Shown: piece after piece, positions 47,805-57,751 of the stretch | Numbering within the stretch: the stretch's first letter is position 1 | Layout of the letters: every line of letters begins with the position of its first letter | NCBI GenBank assembly: GCA_964405655.1 | Contig: CAYOOO010000006.1 | Location: 3,671-67,670 of the forward strand | Length of the DNA stretch: 64,000 nt | Source: an uncultured Gammaproteobacteria bacterium | GTDB lineage: Bacteria > Patescibacteriota > Microgenomatia > Daviesbacterales > UBA10151 | Reading direction: 5' to 3' | Made by a program: the position numbers and the translations under genes | Notes under the pieces: model-generated | Databases searched by the model: none | Told to the model about the DNA's origin: nothing | What the model saw: only the letters and a program-made list of their open reading frames with translations

Positions 47805-48791
47805 ATGAAAAAGACTTTGTTGTTTCTTGTGCCTAACGATTCTTCATACCTTTACCCGATTAAAAAAGCTTTTGAGGACTTAGGTTGGAGAGTTAAGAAT
47901 TATGATTACAGAAGAGGTAGTATGGTTATTAGGATTTTAAGATTTATACCGATAATCGGAGGATTCAATAAAGCCAAAACTCTAATTGAAAATGAAATCT
48001 TAAGTTTAAATTCTAAATTACAACCAGGTCTAATACTAGTTATTAAAGGTGAAACTTTAACGAGCAAACTAATAAATGGACTTAAAAGTAAAAACAATAA
48101 AGTTATCAATTGGTTTCCAGATCCGATGGCCTACTGGGATGTTATGGCCAAAATTGTTTCTGATTATGATATCTTTTTCCATTTTGATAAATTTATCATT
48201 AAAAAATTAATAAAAATCTCAAAGAACAAAATACTATATTTACCTTTTGCAGCTGAGATATCTAACGAAAATGTTAATAAGAAAAAATATGACATATCTT
48301 TTGTTGGAACTTATTTACCTTATAGAAAGAAGATTCTATCGTCATTAAAAAAGTTTAAGTTAAATATTTGGGGAGATTCAAGGTGGTTTAAATCATCTCT
48401 TAAGCAATTTGTCAGAGGTGGTAGAATTCATCAGAACAAAATGAAACAAATAATTAGATTGAGTAAAATAAATTTGAACGTATATTATGATTTTTATGCC
48501 GAAGGTTCTAACCTAAGAACTTTTGAAGTAACAGGTACTGGCGGTTTCTTATTGTCAGAATATATCAAAGATTTAAAGAATCTTTTTAAGATTGGTAAAG
48601 AGATTGTTTGTTTCTCTTCTACCAAAGAACTAATTCAAAAAGTCAAATTTTATCTAGAAAGAGACAGATTAAGAGAAGCAATTGCATCAGCAGGTTTTAA
48701 AAGAGCCCAACAGGAACATGATTATTATCTTAGAATTAAACAGATGTTGAGACTTATTATAGTAAGCAATTTTATAAAAGATGAAAATTAA
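47805..48791 (+). CDS. CgeB/DUF3880-like glycosyltransferase-family protein
   Basis: C-terminal 'KELIQKVKFYLERDRLREAIASAGFKRAQQEHDYYLRIKQML' resembles the conserved C-terminus of CgeB-type GT1-like proteins. Confidence 0.45.
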   Translation: MKKTLLFLVPNDSSYLYPIKKAFEDLGWRVKNYDYRRGSMVIRILRFIPIIGGFNKAKTLIENEILSLNSKLQPGLILVIKGETLTSKLINGLKSKNNKVINWFPDPMAYWDVMAKIVSDYDIFFHFDKFIIKKLIKISKNKILYLPFAAEISNENVNKKKYDISFVGTYLPYRKKILSSLKKFKLNIWGDSRWFKSSLKQFVRGGRIHQNKMKQIIRLSKINLNVYYDFYAEGSNLRTFEVTGTGGFLLSEYIKDLKNLFKIGKEIVCFSSTKELIQKVKFYLERDRLREAIASAGFKRAQQEHDYYLRIKQMLRLIIVSNFIKDEN

Positions 48792-49623
48792 TAACCCTTC
48801 TAAGTTTGAGCTTTCTGGGTTGGTCGATTTACATAAAAGACTATCTATTCTAACCGATAAGAATGGACCAATTGGACAGATTAAAAAAATATGGATTGAT
48901 CTGTTTGGATTTACTTTTAAGAAAGGACTAGGGAAGGGGAAAGCGGAAGTCTCCTTTTCTAGAATTCTTCCTACATCGATAAAGGAAAACTTCCTGCTGG
49001 TCAATTTACTAGATAAACAAAGAGAATCAGGGTTAAAAAGGGAATTGGTTAATTTTATCTTCAAATTTAAAGAAATAGCTTTCAACTTTGAGGAATACTC
49101 AAGTTTACTTAAAAAAGATTTAGCTGTTTACGTTGATCAGATACATCCTGAGGCTTTAGTTCTTTATCTAATATGCAAAGGAAAAGGAATTGACGTAGGG
49201 TGTGGCTATAGAAAAACTCATCCAGATGCAATAGGGATAGATTGGATTAAAAAAGGTGCAAAAGGAAAAGTTGGGAACGTTAAGGGGAAGATATCTGTGG
49301 CTGATGTTTGGGCCAGAGGAGATAAACTTAATATGTTTAAATCAAATTCATTGGATTATGTAATATCTCGTCATAATCTTGAACATTATCAGAATCCTCA
49401 AAAAACATTAAAGGAATGGATTAGAGTTTTGAAAAGAGAAGGGTTTTTAGGAGTGGTTGTCCCTAATAGTTATAATCCACAGACATTTGAAAAAACCCAC
49501 TACTTTGATTTTGATTTGAATAATTTAGTTGATATGTTTAAAGAAACTAACCAACTAAAAATCCTTAAATATGGAGAGTGTATTCCTAAATGGAGTTTTT
49601 ATTGCATAGCTAGGAAGATTTAA
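48781..49623 (+). CDS. Protein with C-terminal class I SAM-methyltransferase-like domain
   Basis: 'IDVGCGYRKTHPDAIGIDW' (motif I-like), 'YVISRHNLEHYQNP', 'LKREGFLGVVVP'. Confidence 0.5.
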   Translation: MKINNPSKFELSGLVDLHKRLSILTDKNGPIGQIKKIWIDLFGFTFKKGLGKGKAEVSFSRILPTSIKENFLLVNLLDKQRESGLKRELVNFIFKFKEIAFNFEEYSSLLKKDLAVYVDQIHPEALVLYLICKGKGIDVGCGYRKTHPDAIGIDWIKKGAKGKVGNVKGKISVADVWARGDKLNMFKSNSLDYVISRHNLEHYQNPQKTLKEWIRVLKREGFLGVVVPNSYNPQTFEKTHYFDFDLNNLVDMFKETNQLKILKYGECIPKWSFYCIARKI

Positions 49624-51007
49624 TCTTATTAATTAAGGAAATCAGTTCGTTTAATCTATCTGAATAGAACTTATTATCATAATAAAGATAATTTTTGATT
49701 GCAGCTGAACTAATACCCTTAAGTTTTCGTCTATTAAAATTGTCATTTGCATACTCGTTGAGCATTTTCTTAAATTTTGCTTTTAAGTCTTTTAAATTAT
49801 CAACAAAATACCAACCTGGTACTTGTCTTGCACCTTCAAAATGAGTCCAAAGAGAATGATCTTTTGGTGACATCGGATTGACATCTTCTGAGTTTGCTAA
49901 AATTAGTGAAGGGACGTCATAAATAGCTGCCTCTATTATTAAAGAAGATAGCGGAGAGATTATAAATAAAGCATGATTTAAAAGTCCTGGTAAATAATCG
50001 AGTTCCGGCAGATTCTTGCTGGTGGCAACTTCTTTACCAGCTTCTTTGTTAAAATAATAATCCTTTTCAACTTGTGGATCTAAAATCACATTTTTAAAGT
50101 CAGATTTATTAAAGAAATCATTTCCTTCTCTTTTTTGACGATTTGGGTGGGGACGGTAAATAATTTTGATCTTTAGTTCTGATTCTTCAATAGACTTATC
50201 TAGAATCTTAAGCGGACTGATTTCATCATGAGCTGTTTGAGAACCAGCAAAGACAATGTATTTAAAGGGAAAATGTTTTTGATTAGCTTTTTTAAGGATA
50301 AAATAATCTTCATAGCGAGGACATCCCAATAGAAAGCAATTTTCTGCTTTCATGCCTTGAATGTTTACAGCATGTACTAGACTTTGTGATCCCCAAACAC
50401 CCATAAAGTCAGGTAACTTTAGAAAAACTCCTTTACTGGACAGATTGTCCCAACCATGAATTAAAAAAAGAGATTGAAAGTCAAATTTTTTTGAAAGTAA
50501 TATTAGATCAATTGCAGTTCCTTCGTAACCTGCATAGGGAAAAATAACTAACTCTGGTTTGAATCTTTTAATTATTTTTTCAAGCGAGTTATTTTTTTCA
50601 AATCTTTTAAGTGTAATTGTTTTTATTAAATTAAAAAGAATAGGTTTTGAGAAAAGTGAATAGATAAGTCTTTCTTTGAAGGTATATCTTCCTGATTTAA
50701 TTTTTATATCAAATGTTTTAACAAACTTTCTTTTTGCCCACATTGAAATTTGATTAAAAACAGCAACTAAATTTTTGTTTTTAACACTTCTTTGGTAAAG
50801 AGAGTAAATTTTATCTTTGGAAACTCTTGAGATAAATTGAGTAGCGTTTTCTTCAACGCAGATTTTAAAATCTGGCAATTTAAGTAGACTATTAAAAGCT
50901 CCAGAATTTATGTAGTTTCTGAAAAAATGGTCATCATCAATAAGGCTTAAAATGCGCATAGGTTTTGCGGATTTAACTATAGCAGATTTTGTATAAACAC
51001 AAAACAA
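49610..51007 (-). CDS. Hypothetical protein with GT-B-like two-Rossmann-domain layout; likely true start at internal Met ('MRILSLIDDD', about 50959)
   Basis: Long ORF with alternating beta-alpha pattern; no named motif recognised. Confidence 0.3.
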   Translation of the reverse strand: MFCVYTKSAIVKSAKPMRILSLIDDDHFFRNYINSGAFNSLLKLPDFKICVEENATQFISRVSKDKIYSLYQRSVKNKNLVAVFNQISMWAKRKFVKTFDIKIKSGRYTFKERLIYSLFSKPILFNLIKTITLKRFEKNNSLEKIIKRFKPELVIFPYAGYEGTAIDLILLSKKFDFQSLFLIHGWDNLSSKGVFLKLPDFMGVWGSQSLVHAVNIQGMKAENCFLLGCPRYEDYFILKKANQKHFPFKYIVFAGSQTAHDEISPLKILDKSIEESELKIKIIYRPHPNRQKREGNDFFNKSDFKNVILDPQVEKDYYFNKEAGKEVATSKNLPELDYLPGLLNHALFIISPLSSLIIEAAIYDVPSLILANSEDVNPMSPKDHSLWTHFEGARQVPGWYFVDNLKDLKAKFKKMLNEYANDNFNRRKLKGISSAAIKNYLYYDNKFYSDRLNELISLINKIKSS

Positions 51008-51027
51008 TTAGCTCATATTAAAAACTA

Positions 51028-51055
51028 TTGACAAACATAAAATTTTATATATACT
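51028..51055 (+). promoter_or_regulatory. Near-consensus sigma70-type promoter TTGACA-16 nt-TATACT, -10 ending 11 nt before the ATG at 51067 (near-leaderless transcript)
   Basis: TTGACA at 51028..51033 and TATACT at 51050..51055, read directly from sequence. Confidence 0.4.
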
Positions 51056-51066
51056 GATCAAGACTT

Positions 51067-52284
51067 ATGCCTTTAGCAGAGCAGCTTGTAGTTCATAGAA
51101 GAAACCTCGTAGATTCAAAACCAGATTTATACGTTCCAATTAATCTTTTTGATCCATTCGGTGAAATTTTAGGAGCCAGAGAAGGTAGGAAAAGATTGCT
51201 TTGGGGTTTTAGAGATGCTGGGGCTGCAGCCGCAGGTCTTCCAGTAATACGAGCCTTGCAGCAAGAAGCAGTTGATGTTTTTATCTTAGCAGATGGTCCT
51301 GCTCGTGATGCTTTAGAGAAAGACCCGCTTTATACAGAGACAAGATTGGTAAAGAATTTAGGTTGGACAATAACTGGACTCGGCCAAGATATAAGCATAT
51401 TAGGCCATGCAGTCAAACCTGATGTAGAACAAATTTTAACTGCTCATGCTAAGTATATAGGGATACCTACAGTTTGGTATGAAGATATGCCACCTTTCTT
51501 AGGCTTTTACAAAAGAGGCTTAGCTGCTGAAGGAAATTTATTTATCCCAGAAAGAATCTTTTGTTTCTCAGAAACTTCAGCTCAGCAAGAAATTGGATAC
51601 ATCCCACAGTTTGTTAGAAGAACAGTAGTAGTGGGAAACCCTGCTTTTGACAGATTTGCAGATATTGATGTAACAGGGATTAGACAGCGGACAAGAACTG
51701 GACTAGGGGTTGAGAGTGATGAGACCTGGTTTGTTTGGATGGCGACAAAAACTAGGGCTACTTTTGAATCATGTAGAGATTTTGTTGAAGGCATAAAAGC
51801 TTTGGATTTAGAACACTACCGTTTTAGTGCCAGAATACATCCAGCTGAAGCTAAAGATCCATTAGTCAAGGCAGAATATGATCAACTTCTTAAAACATTA
51901 GGTCGACATGCACTTGAAACAACTGGCTACTCAACAGATGATGTAGGAACTGCAGCAGATATAGTTGGAGGTGATACATCCACTGCTATTTTTGAGGCAA
52001 CACTAAATGATGTTAGAACTGTCACGCTCCTTATTCCTGAGAATATGGTCTTAAGGGATGAATGGGTAGAAGAACTTCCTCCTGATCCAGCAATTGTTTT
52101 AGATGGTACCAGTCCTGTGGTCAGAAGAAGAGATGATGTTAAAGATGTGTTACTTAAAGTGACTTCGGATAGTGAAACACAAGAAATGTTAAGGCAAAAA
52201 AGACAAGTTTGGAGAAAAGTTGTTGGTGGAGCGACTGAAAGATTCAAAGACAGATTGTTAGAAATTGCTTCTTCTAATAGTTAG
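51067..52284 (+). CDS. Hypothetical GT-B-like protein, candidate divergent UDP-GlcNAc 2-epimerase (NeuC/WecB-like); noticeably higher GC than neighbours
   Basis: 405 aa; 'VVVGNPAFDRF' placed like the WecB/NeuC 'GN-x-x-DA' segment; Ala/Arg-rich composition unlike the rest of the window. Confidence 0.3.
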   Translation: MPLAEQLVVHRRNLVDSKPDLYVPINLFDPFGEILGAREGRKRLLWGFRDAGAAAAGLPVIRALQQEAVDVFILADGPARDALEKDPLYTETRLVKNLGWTITGLGQDISILGHAVKPDVEQILTAHAKYIGIPTVWYEDMPPFLGFYKRGLAAEGNLFIPERIFCFSETSAQQEIGYIPQFVRRTVVVGNPAFDRFADIDVTGIRQRTRTGLGVESDETWFVWMATKTRATFESCRDFVEGIKALDLEHYRFSARIHPAEAKDPLVKAEYDQLLKTLGRHALETTGYSTDDVGTAADIVGGDTSTAIFEATLNDVRTVTLLIPENMVLRDEWVEELPPDPAIVLDGTSPVVRRRDDVKDVLLKVTSDSETQEMLRQKRQVWRKVVGGATERFKDRLLEIASSNS

Positions 52285-53057
52285 ATTTTGATTAGTTTCT
52301 TCTGCAGTAGTAATTCTGCCAGTAAAATATCATTAAGATTATCTATATCTAGCGCATCATCCTTATCCAGCATGACGTATCTGACCCTTTTGCCTGTTAG
52401 CAATCCCTCTTTCATCAAAACATTATATTTGACTGCTATTACATCAACATGGGCAAAAGCTGGAGGAAAAGATTGTCTGGGTGCATTTGAAGGCTCTTTT
52501 AACCCCGTCACTTCTTTGGGAATAAAAGGTTTTAGCTCGTTCCCATCTATCCTCCAAAGCTTATAAGGATGTTTAGGCGCACTTTTAATAGTTCTTGAGG
52601 AGGTTGCAATTGGGTCATCAATCAGCAGTTGAATGCAAGCATCAATTGATTCAGTTTTACAAAAAGGAGTTGTTGGGGGAAGTCTTAAAATAATATCTGC
52701 TTTCCATCCCTCATTTTCCTCAAGCCATTTGGTCGCATGCTGCAGATATGAGATATCATCAGCACTATCGTCTGAAATTTCCTTGGGTCGTAAAAAAGGC
52801 GCTTCAGCTCCATAAAGTTTGGCTATTTTGGCAAATTCTTCTGAATCAGTAGAAACTATGAGACGGCTGACCAATTTAGATCTTTTAGCAGATTCAATAA
52901 TCCAGGCCATCAAAGGTTTACCAGCTAAAGGATAAATATTTTTATAGGGAATGCTTTTTGAACCAGACCTTGCTCCAACTACACCCAAAACTTTCAACTG
53001 CTTATCTGAAAGAAAACTTTGCTTATCTGAATTAGATTTCATAAAGAAGAATTTCAA
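52281..53057 (-). CDS. CMP-nonulosonic acid synthetase family cytidylyltransferase (NeuA/PseF/KdsB-like)
   Basis: 'LGVVGARSGSKSIPYKNIYPLAGKPLMAW' matches the NeuA-family N-terminal motif. Confidence 0.7.
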   Translation of the reverse strand: MKFFFMKSNSDKQSFLSDKQLKVLGVVGARSGSKSIPYKNIYPLAGKPLMAWIIESAKRSKLVSRLIVSTDSEEFAKIAKLYGAEAPFLRPKEISDDSADDISYLQHATKWLEENEGWKADIILRLPPTTPFCKTESIDACIQLLIDDPIATSSRTIKSAPKHPYKLWRIDGNELKPFIPKEVTGLKEPSNAPRQSFPPAFAHVDVIAVKYNVLMKEGLLTGKRVRYVMLDKDDALDIDNLNDILLAELLLQKKLIKI

Positions 53058-53122
53058 GCCCGATAATACTTAAATAATTATCCTTGTGTCAATAGCTATG
53101 AGATTATATAATTCCCCCAGTT

Positions 53123-54214
53123 ATGAGTTCAGCAGAGTTATTTGGGCCAAACTCACATAGTCAATATAAAGTAGGTTGGGTGGAAATTGATAATTCTGTT
53201 AAAGATGAGGTAACAGCCGTTTTGTTGAATTGTTATCTATTTTCAAATGTTTCTCTAGCTAGTATTAAAGAGGTTGATGCTTGGGAAGTCATAAGCAAAA
53301 ATTATCGAGCACAAGTTATTGATGAAAGTGGTGACCGTAGAGATGTTGTACTGCACAAATTTTTAAGATTAAAAGATCCACAAACGATCAGGATATCCGG
53401 AGAGATAATAACTTTTCTACATAGAGAAGGAATAAAAGTACCGGAAATTGTGCGGACTGAAGGGAAAACGGATAGCTTTACTCAATACCAAGAAAATTGT
53501 TATCGAGTTTTTGAGTTTGTTGAAGGCGATCATTTTCGTGGAACCAAATCGGAACTTAAAGATTTTGCAGGCAACCTAGCTGCTTTTCATAAAACCCTGG
53601 AACATGCACCTTATCAGTCAGAACTTGCCTTAAGGCCAGCAGTTTCAGCAGCATGGGATATAGAAGGTTGGAGAGAATTGTTCGGTAGGGCAAGATCTGG
53701 TGAGAGTCCAATAGCTGGTCTGGTTTTATCGAGTAAAGATTTGATATTGGAGCAAGCCCAATTTATTAGTCAAGGTTTATGTCAACCATTTAATTTTAGA
53801 ACCCAAATAATCAGGGGCGATCTTCACCCTCATGACACAATTTATCAGAAAGGGAAACTTAGAGCTTTAGTGGATTTTGATGATATGAGAGTTGGCGAGT
53901 TAATGAGAGATGTTACTACAGCCTGTCATAGATTTGTTAGACAATTTATAGTTTATCAAGGTAGAGATTGGGAGGAGACTCTGGCTTTGGGTTTGGATCT
54001 TTTTGTCAATGAATATCTAAAAGTTAATTTGATATCAGACGCTGAGATTAGTGCAGGAGCTATCTTTATTGCTGATGAGTTATTAAGGAAGATTTATCGG
54101 GATCTTAATAAATATTATTTAGCAGGACAGACTCAATACTTAAGCGGAGGAGAGTTGGAAAAAAGACTTACGTTGCTTCAAGAATCAAAGATTATTAGTC
54201 AATATTTAAGATAA
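53123..54214 (+). CDS. APH-fold (aminoglycoside phosphotransferase/choline-kinase-like) small-molecule kinase, paralog 1
   Basis: 'IIRGDLHPHDTIY' (HxD catalytic loop) and 'VDFDDMRVGELMRDV' (Mg-binding D). Confidence 0.65.
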   Translation: MSSAELFGPNSHSQYKVGWVEIDNSVKDEVTAVLLNCYLFSNVSLASIKEVDAWEVISKNYRAQVIDESGDRRDVVLHKFLRLKDPQTIRISGEIITFLHREGIKVPEIVRTEGKTDSFTQYQENCYRVFEFVEGDHFRGTKSELKDFAGNLAAFHKTLEHAPYQSELALRPAVSAAWDIEGWRELFGRARSGESPIAGLVLSSKDLILEQAQFISQGLCQPFNFRTQIIRGDLHPHDTIYQKGKLRALVDFDDMRVGELMRDVTTACHRFVRQFIVYQGRDWEETLALGLDLFVNEYLKVNLISDAEISAGAIFIADELLRKIYRDLNKYYLAGQTQYLSGGELEKRLTLLQESKIISQYLR

Positions 54215-54244
54215 TTTTTAAAAATTACTTTAAGTTGCAGAAAT

Positions 54245-55327
54245 TCATTTACTGGTTTTTGCTCTGGTGATATCTTTTACTTCCATGTAATCAATCCTAC
54301 CTTCTCTTATAGCCTTTAATGCTAACTCTTTAAATCTGTTTGACCAACTATCCCTCAAACCATCAACAACACCGTAATATAAGGTAGCATTTCCAACTAC
54401 ATAATCAATCAGCAATACCTGTTCTAACCTTTGAGTTACTGAATCTTCCGGATCATAGATACCGCCAGCTTCATGATAGCCCATGAGAAAAGCTTGCTCA
54501 GCTTGTGAAGCTGCGTCACTATGCTGATAAAATAAGCTTCTTCTTAAATAATAAATGTCCAAAGAGGGTAGCCCTGCCTGACAATGTTCCAAGTCAAAAT
54601 AACCACTAGGCTTACCTGTCTCATCAACAAAAAAGTTCATTGAGTGTAAATCTGTTAATATCAACGAAGCTCTAGTCCTATCTCTTAAATCTCTTGCTAA
54701 AGTTGCTAATTCTCCTCTGATATATCTTTGTAAGTCTTCGGCTTCGGAGTTTTCTAAAACTCCTGTTTGATAAGCTCTTTGTAGTTTTACCTGAGATATC
54801 ATCTGAACTCTGTCTGCAAAATTGGAAATATTGTCGGGATGAACTAAATCAGCAGCCAATACATCTCCAAAACTATCAAAACTTACACCGTGAGCTTTGG
54901 CTAAATCCTTACCTAAAAATCCGAATGATCTTAGGAAACCATCTGTTAAGGGACCATTTTGTTTTAGATAGTCACTAAAGTAACCCCCTGGTAACTGCTC
55001 AACCAGCAAAACTGGATGAGGAGTATCTTCATATAAACCATAAACTCTGGGTGTAGGTAAGCCAGCTTTATTTCTAACTAGCTCCATTAAGTCCTTTTCC
55101 CGCCTTAAAGATAATGGTCCGTTAAACTGAAAATCCCTCCTTAGCCCATCTGCAGAAGAGACTAATTGGGGTTTTTCAAATCTGGCAATCATACTTAATT
55201 CTTGGGGGACTGATGTAGTGACACGAAAGATATTGTGAGATCTCCCTTCAGGAATGAAGGTAGCGGTTGATATTTCATATCCGATAGCATTAAGAGCTTG
55301 GATTGCTTGCTGTTCTGAAAGAGACAT
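54245..55327 (-). CDS. APH-fold phosphotransferase-family kinase (divergent)
   Basis: 'LILTDLHSMNFFVDETGKPSGYFDLEHCQAG' catalytic-loop/DFG-like region. Confidence 0.6.
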   Translation of the reverse strand: MSLSEQQAIQALNAIGYEISTATFIPEGRSHNIFRVTTSVPQELSMIARFEKPQLVSSADGLRRDFQFNGPLSLRREKDLMELVRNKAGLPTPRVYGLYEDTPHPVLLVEQLPGGYFSDYLKQNGPLTDGFLRSFGFLGKDLAKAHGVSFDSFGDVLAADLVHPDNISNFADRVQMISQVKLQRAYQTGVLENSEAEDLQRYIRGELATLARDLRDRTRASLILTDLHSMNFFVDETGKPSGYFDLEHCQAGLPSLDIYYLRRSLFYQHSDAASQAEQAFLMGYHEAGGIYDPEDSVTQRLEQVLLIDYVVGNATLYYGVVDGLRDSWSNRFKELALKAIREGRIDYMEVKDITRAKTSK

Positions 55328-55427
55328 ACGGCACCAATTATATACGTAGGTTGCAAATTAAACAATGAAAGCATGAGCCTTTACAACCTCCAGTCATTCC
55401 AATAAAATACCCTAGAATTGTTGTAAT

Positions 55428-56258
55428 ATGCCAGAGAATTATCTTAGGAAGATATTTAACTTGGAAAAAAGGGTAGCAGTTATAACTGGTGGTTTGGGAA
55501 AATTAGGTAGTCAATATGCCGAGGCTTTGGTTAAAACAGGTGCCAGGGTTGCAGTCTTTGATATTATTGATACTCCAAATGATACTTTGAAAAAACTATC
55601 TAAAAAGTTCCCTATTTTGTTTTTAAAAGTTGATATTACTAAGGAGGAAGAAGTTAAAGAAGCTGTTGATCGAGTTGTTAAAAAGTGGGATGTACCAACA
55701 ATTTTAATAAATAATGCTGGTTGGAAAGCCTCACCTAATGAAAATCAAAAAGCTAGTGTTCCTTTTGAAGATTACCCGATTGATACCTGGGATGAGGTTT
55801 TTAAAATCAACACTACAGCTGCGGTAATTTGCAGCAAGATTATTGGAGGTTTGATGATCAAAAGAAAAAAGAAGGGCTCGATTATTAACATCGCCTCCCA
55901 TTATGCTTTAGTTTCTCCTGACCAAAGAGTCTATCAATATAAAGAGAAACAAGGCAAAGGAAAATTTGTTAAAGATGCTTCTTACTCATCATCAAAAGCA
56001 GCCTTAATTTCCTTAACCAGAGACTTAGCTACTCAATGGGCATCTTTTGGTATCCGGGTTAACTCTTTTTCTCCAGGAGGAGTGTTCAACCCAAAAAGCG
56101 ATAAAGAGTTTTTAAAAGAATATACTTTCAGAACACCACTTGGCAGAATGGCCAGTGTAGATGAATATAACGGAGCAATTATTTTCCTGGCTTCTGATGC
56201 TTCCTCTTATATGACAGGGGCAAATTTGGTAATGGATGGGGGTTGGACTGCATGGTAA
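55428..56258 (+). CDS. Short-chain dehydrogenase/reductase (classical SDR)
   Basis: 'VAVITGGLGKLGSQYA' TGxxxGxG; 'YSSSKAA' YxxxK. Confidence 0.8.
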   Translation: MPENYLRKIFNLEKRVAVITGGLGKLGSQYAEALVKTGARVAVFDIIDTPNDTLKKLSKKFPILFLKVDITKEEEVKEAVDRVVKKWDVPTILINNAGWKASPNENQKASVPFEDYPIDTWDEVFKINTTAAVICSKIIGGLMIKRKKKGSIINIASHYALVSPDQRVYQYKEKQGKGKFVKDASYSSSKAALISLTRDLATQWASFGIRVNSFSPGGVFNPKSDKEFLKEYTFRTPLGRMASVDEYNGAIIFLASDASSYMTGANLVMDGGWTAW

Positions 56259-57733
56259 ACAGTAAAAATAATCCCTACCCTAAAAAAATTCCTCACTGGA
56301 TTTCCAACAAGGAAGTTTTTTCAGAAAATAAAAAATTTATTCCAAAATTTAGTCCTGTAACAGGTAAGAAAATAGCAGAAATAACCAGCGGATCCAAAAA
56401 AGATGTCAAAGAAGCAATTACTTTAGCTCAGCTAACTTACAAATCCTGGATGAATAGTTCAATTATGTTCAGAGCTGAGATAATCAAGAAAGCGACCTTT
56501 TATATAGAAGCAAATAAAGAAGAAATTGCCCAAATTCTCTCATTGGAAACTGGCCGTTCTAAAAAGGATGCATTAGGAGAAGTTAGATCTGCAGTTGAAT
56601 ATGGTCTTTACTGGAGTAGTGAGGCAAAGAGATTTTTCGGCGTAACAACTACCAGTTCTAACCCTAATAGGTCAGCCTATATGGTCCGCTCTCCAGTTGG
56701 AGTTTGTGCATTAATTACTCCTTTTAATGGTCCTTTCTCAGGGATGGTTAAAAAAATTTATCCTGCTTTGCTTTGTGGAAATACTGTAATTTTAAAATCT
56801 CATGAGCTAACCCCTTTTACCGCTATCTGGCTGGCAAAAGTTTTAAAGGAGGTGGGGCTAGAAGAAAATATCTTCCAAGTTATCCAAGGGTTAGGTAGTG
56901 AAGCAGGGGCAGCAATTATTGAAGATGACAGAATTGGTCTTATTAGTTTTACTGGGTCAGTAAACACAGGTAGGTACTTACTCAAAGTCGCTGCAGATCG
57001 GATAGGTAAGGTCTGTTTGGAGCTTGGGGGAAAAAACCCACTGGTAGTTTGCGATGATGCAGATTTGGAACATGCAGCTAAGACGACAGTGGCTTCTGCT
57101 TTTATTGAGGCAGGTCAAAGATGCGCTGCAGCCAGCAGAGTTATTATTTTTGATTCTGTATATGAACAGTTTAAAAAACTCTTAATAGAGGAAACATCAA
57201 AACTCAAGATAGGTTCTACAGATGAAGATAAAATTTGTCCTTTAATAAGTCAAAAGAGACTTGACGAGGTACTCGCTATCACTAATCGGGCGGTCAGACA
57301 AGGAGCTAAGGTTTTAATTGGAGGAAAAAGACTTACTGACCCAATTCATAAAGCTGGATATTACATGGAACCAACTATTTTAGAAAGTGTTTCTGCCAAA
57401 GATGAAATCTCTCGGAAAGAAGTTTTTGGCCCGGTTGTTTGTTTATATCAGGTTAAAGATTTTGATCAAGCTGTTGAACTGGCTAATGATTGCGATTTTG
57501 GTTTAACTAGCGCAATTCACACGCAAAGTTTAGATAGAGCCCATGTTTTTACAAAACTTTCTGAAGCTGGAGTGGTTAGGGTTAATGGACCAACTCACGG
57601 CAGTGAAAATCATATGCCTTTTGGCGGAGTCAAACTTTCTGGAAATGGTTTCAGAGAGCCTGGTACAAATGCACTAGATATTTATTCAGAATGGAAGTTT
57701 ATTACTATTGACTACAATCCGAATAAACTGTAG
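56243..57733 (+). CDS. NAD(P)-dependent aldehyde dehydrogenase
   Basis: 'LELGGKNP' Glu active-site motif; 'FTGSVNTG'; catalytic Cys in 'GQRCAAASR'. Confidence 0.8.
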   Translation: MDCMVNSKNNPYPKKIPHWISNKEVFSENKKFIPKFSPVTGKKIAEITSGSKKDVKEAITLAQLTYKSWMNSSIMFRAEIIKKATFYIEANKEEIAQILSLETGRSKKDALGEVRSAVEYGLYWSSEAKRFFGVTTTSSNPNRSAYMVRSPVGVCALITPFNGPFSGMVKKIYPALLCGNTVILKSHELTPFTAIWLAKVLKEVGLEENIFQVIQGLGSEAGAAIIEDDRIGLISFTGSVNTGRYLLKVAADRIGKVCLELGGKNPLVVCDDADLEHAAKTTVASAFIEAGQRCAAASRVIIFDSVYEQFKKLLIEETSKLKIGSTDEDKICPLISQKRLDEVLAITNRAVRQGAKVLIGGKRLTDPIHKAGYYMEPTILESVSAKDEISRKEVFGPVVCLYQVKDFDQAVELANDCDFGLTSAIHTQSLDRAHVFTKLSEAGVVRVNGPTHGSENHMPFGGVKLSGNGFREPGTNALDIYSEWKFITIDYNPNKL

Positions 57734-57751
57734 TATCTAAAAATTGTAACT

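Noticed and set aside
51582-52247. Ser/Thr-rich 106-aa and 70-aa minus-strand ORFs inside 51067..52284
   Set aside because: Antisense to a 405-aa ORF; the Ser/Thr/Val richness is the expected reverse-complement artefact of a GC-richer, Ala/Arg-rich sense frame.
52288-52815. Plus-strand ORFs 52288..52566 and 52633..52815 opposite the cytidylyltransferase
   Set aside because: Antisense to a gene with a clear NeuA-family motif; Ser/Leu-rich low-complexity translations.
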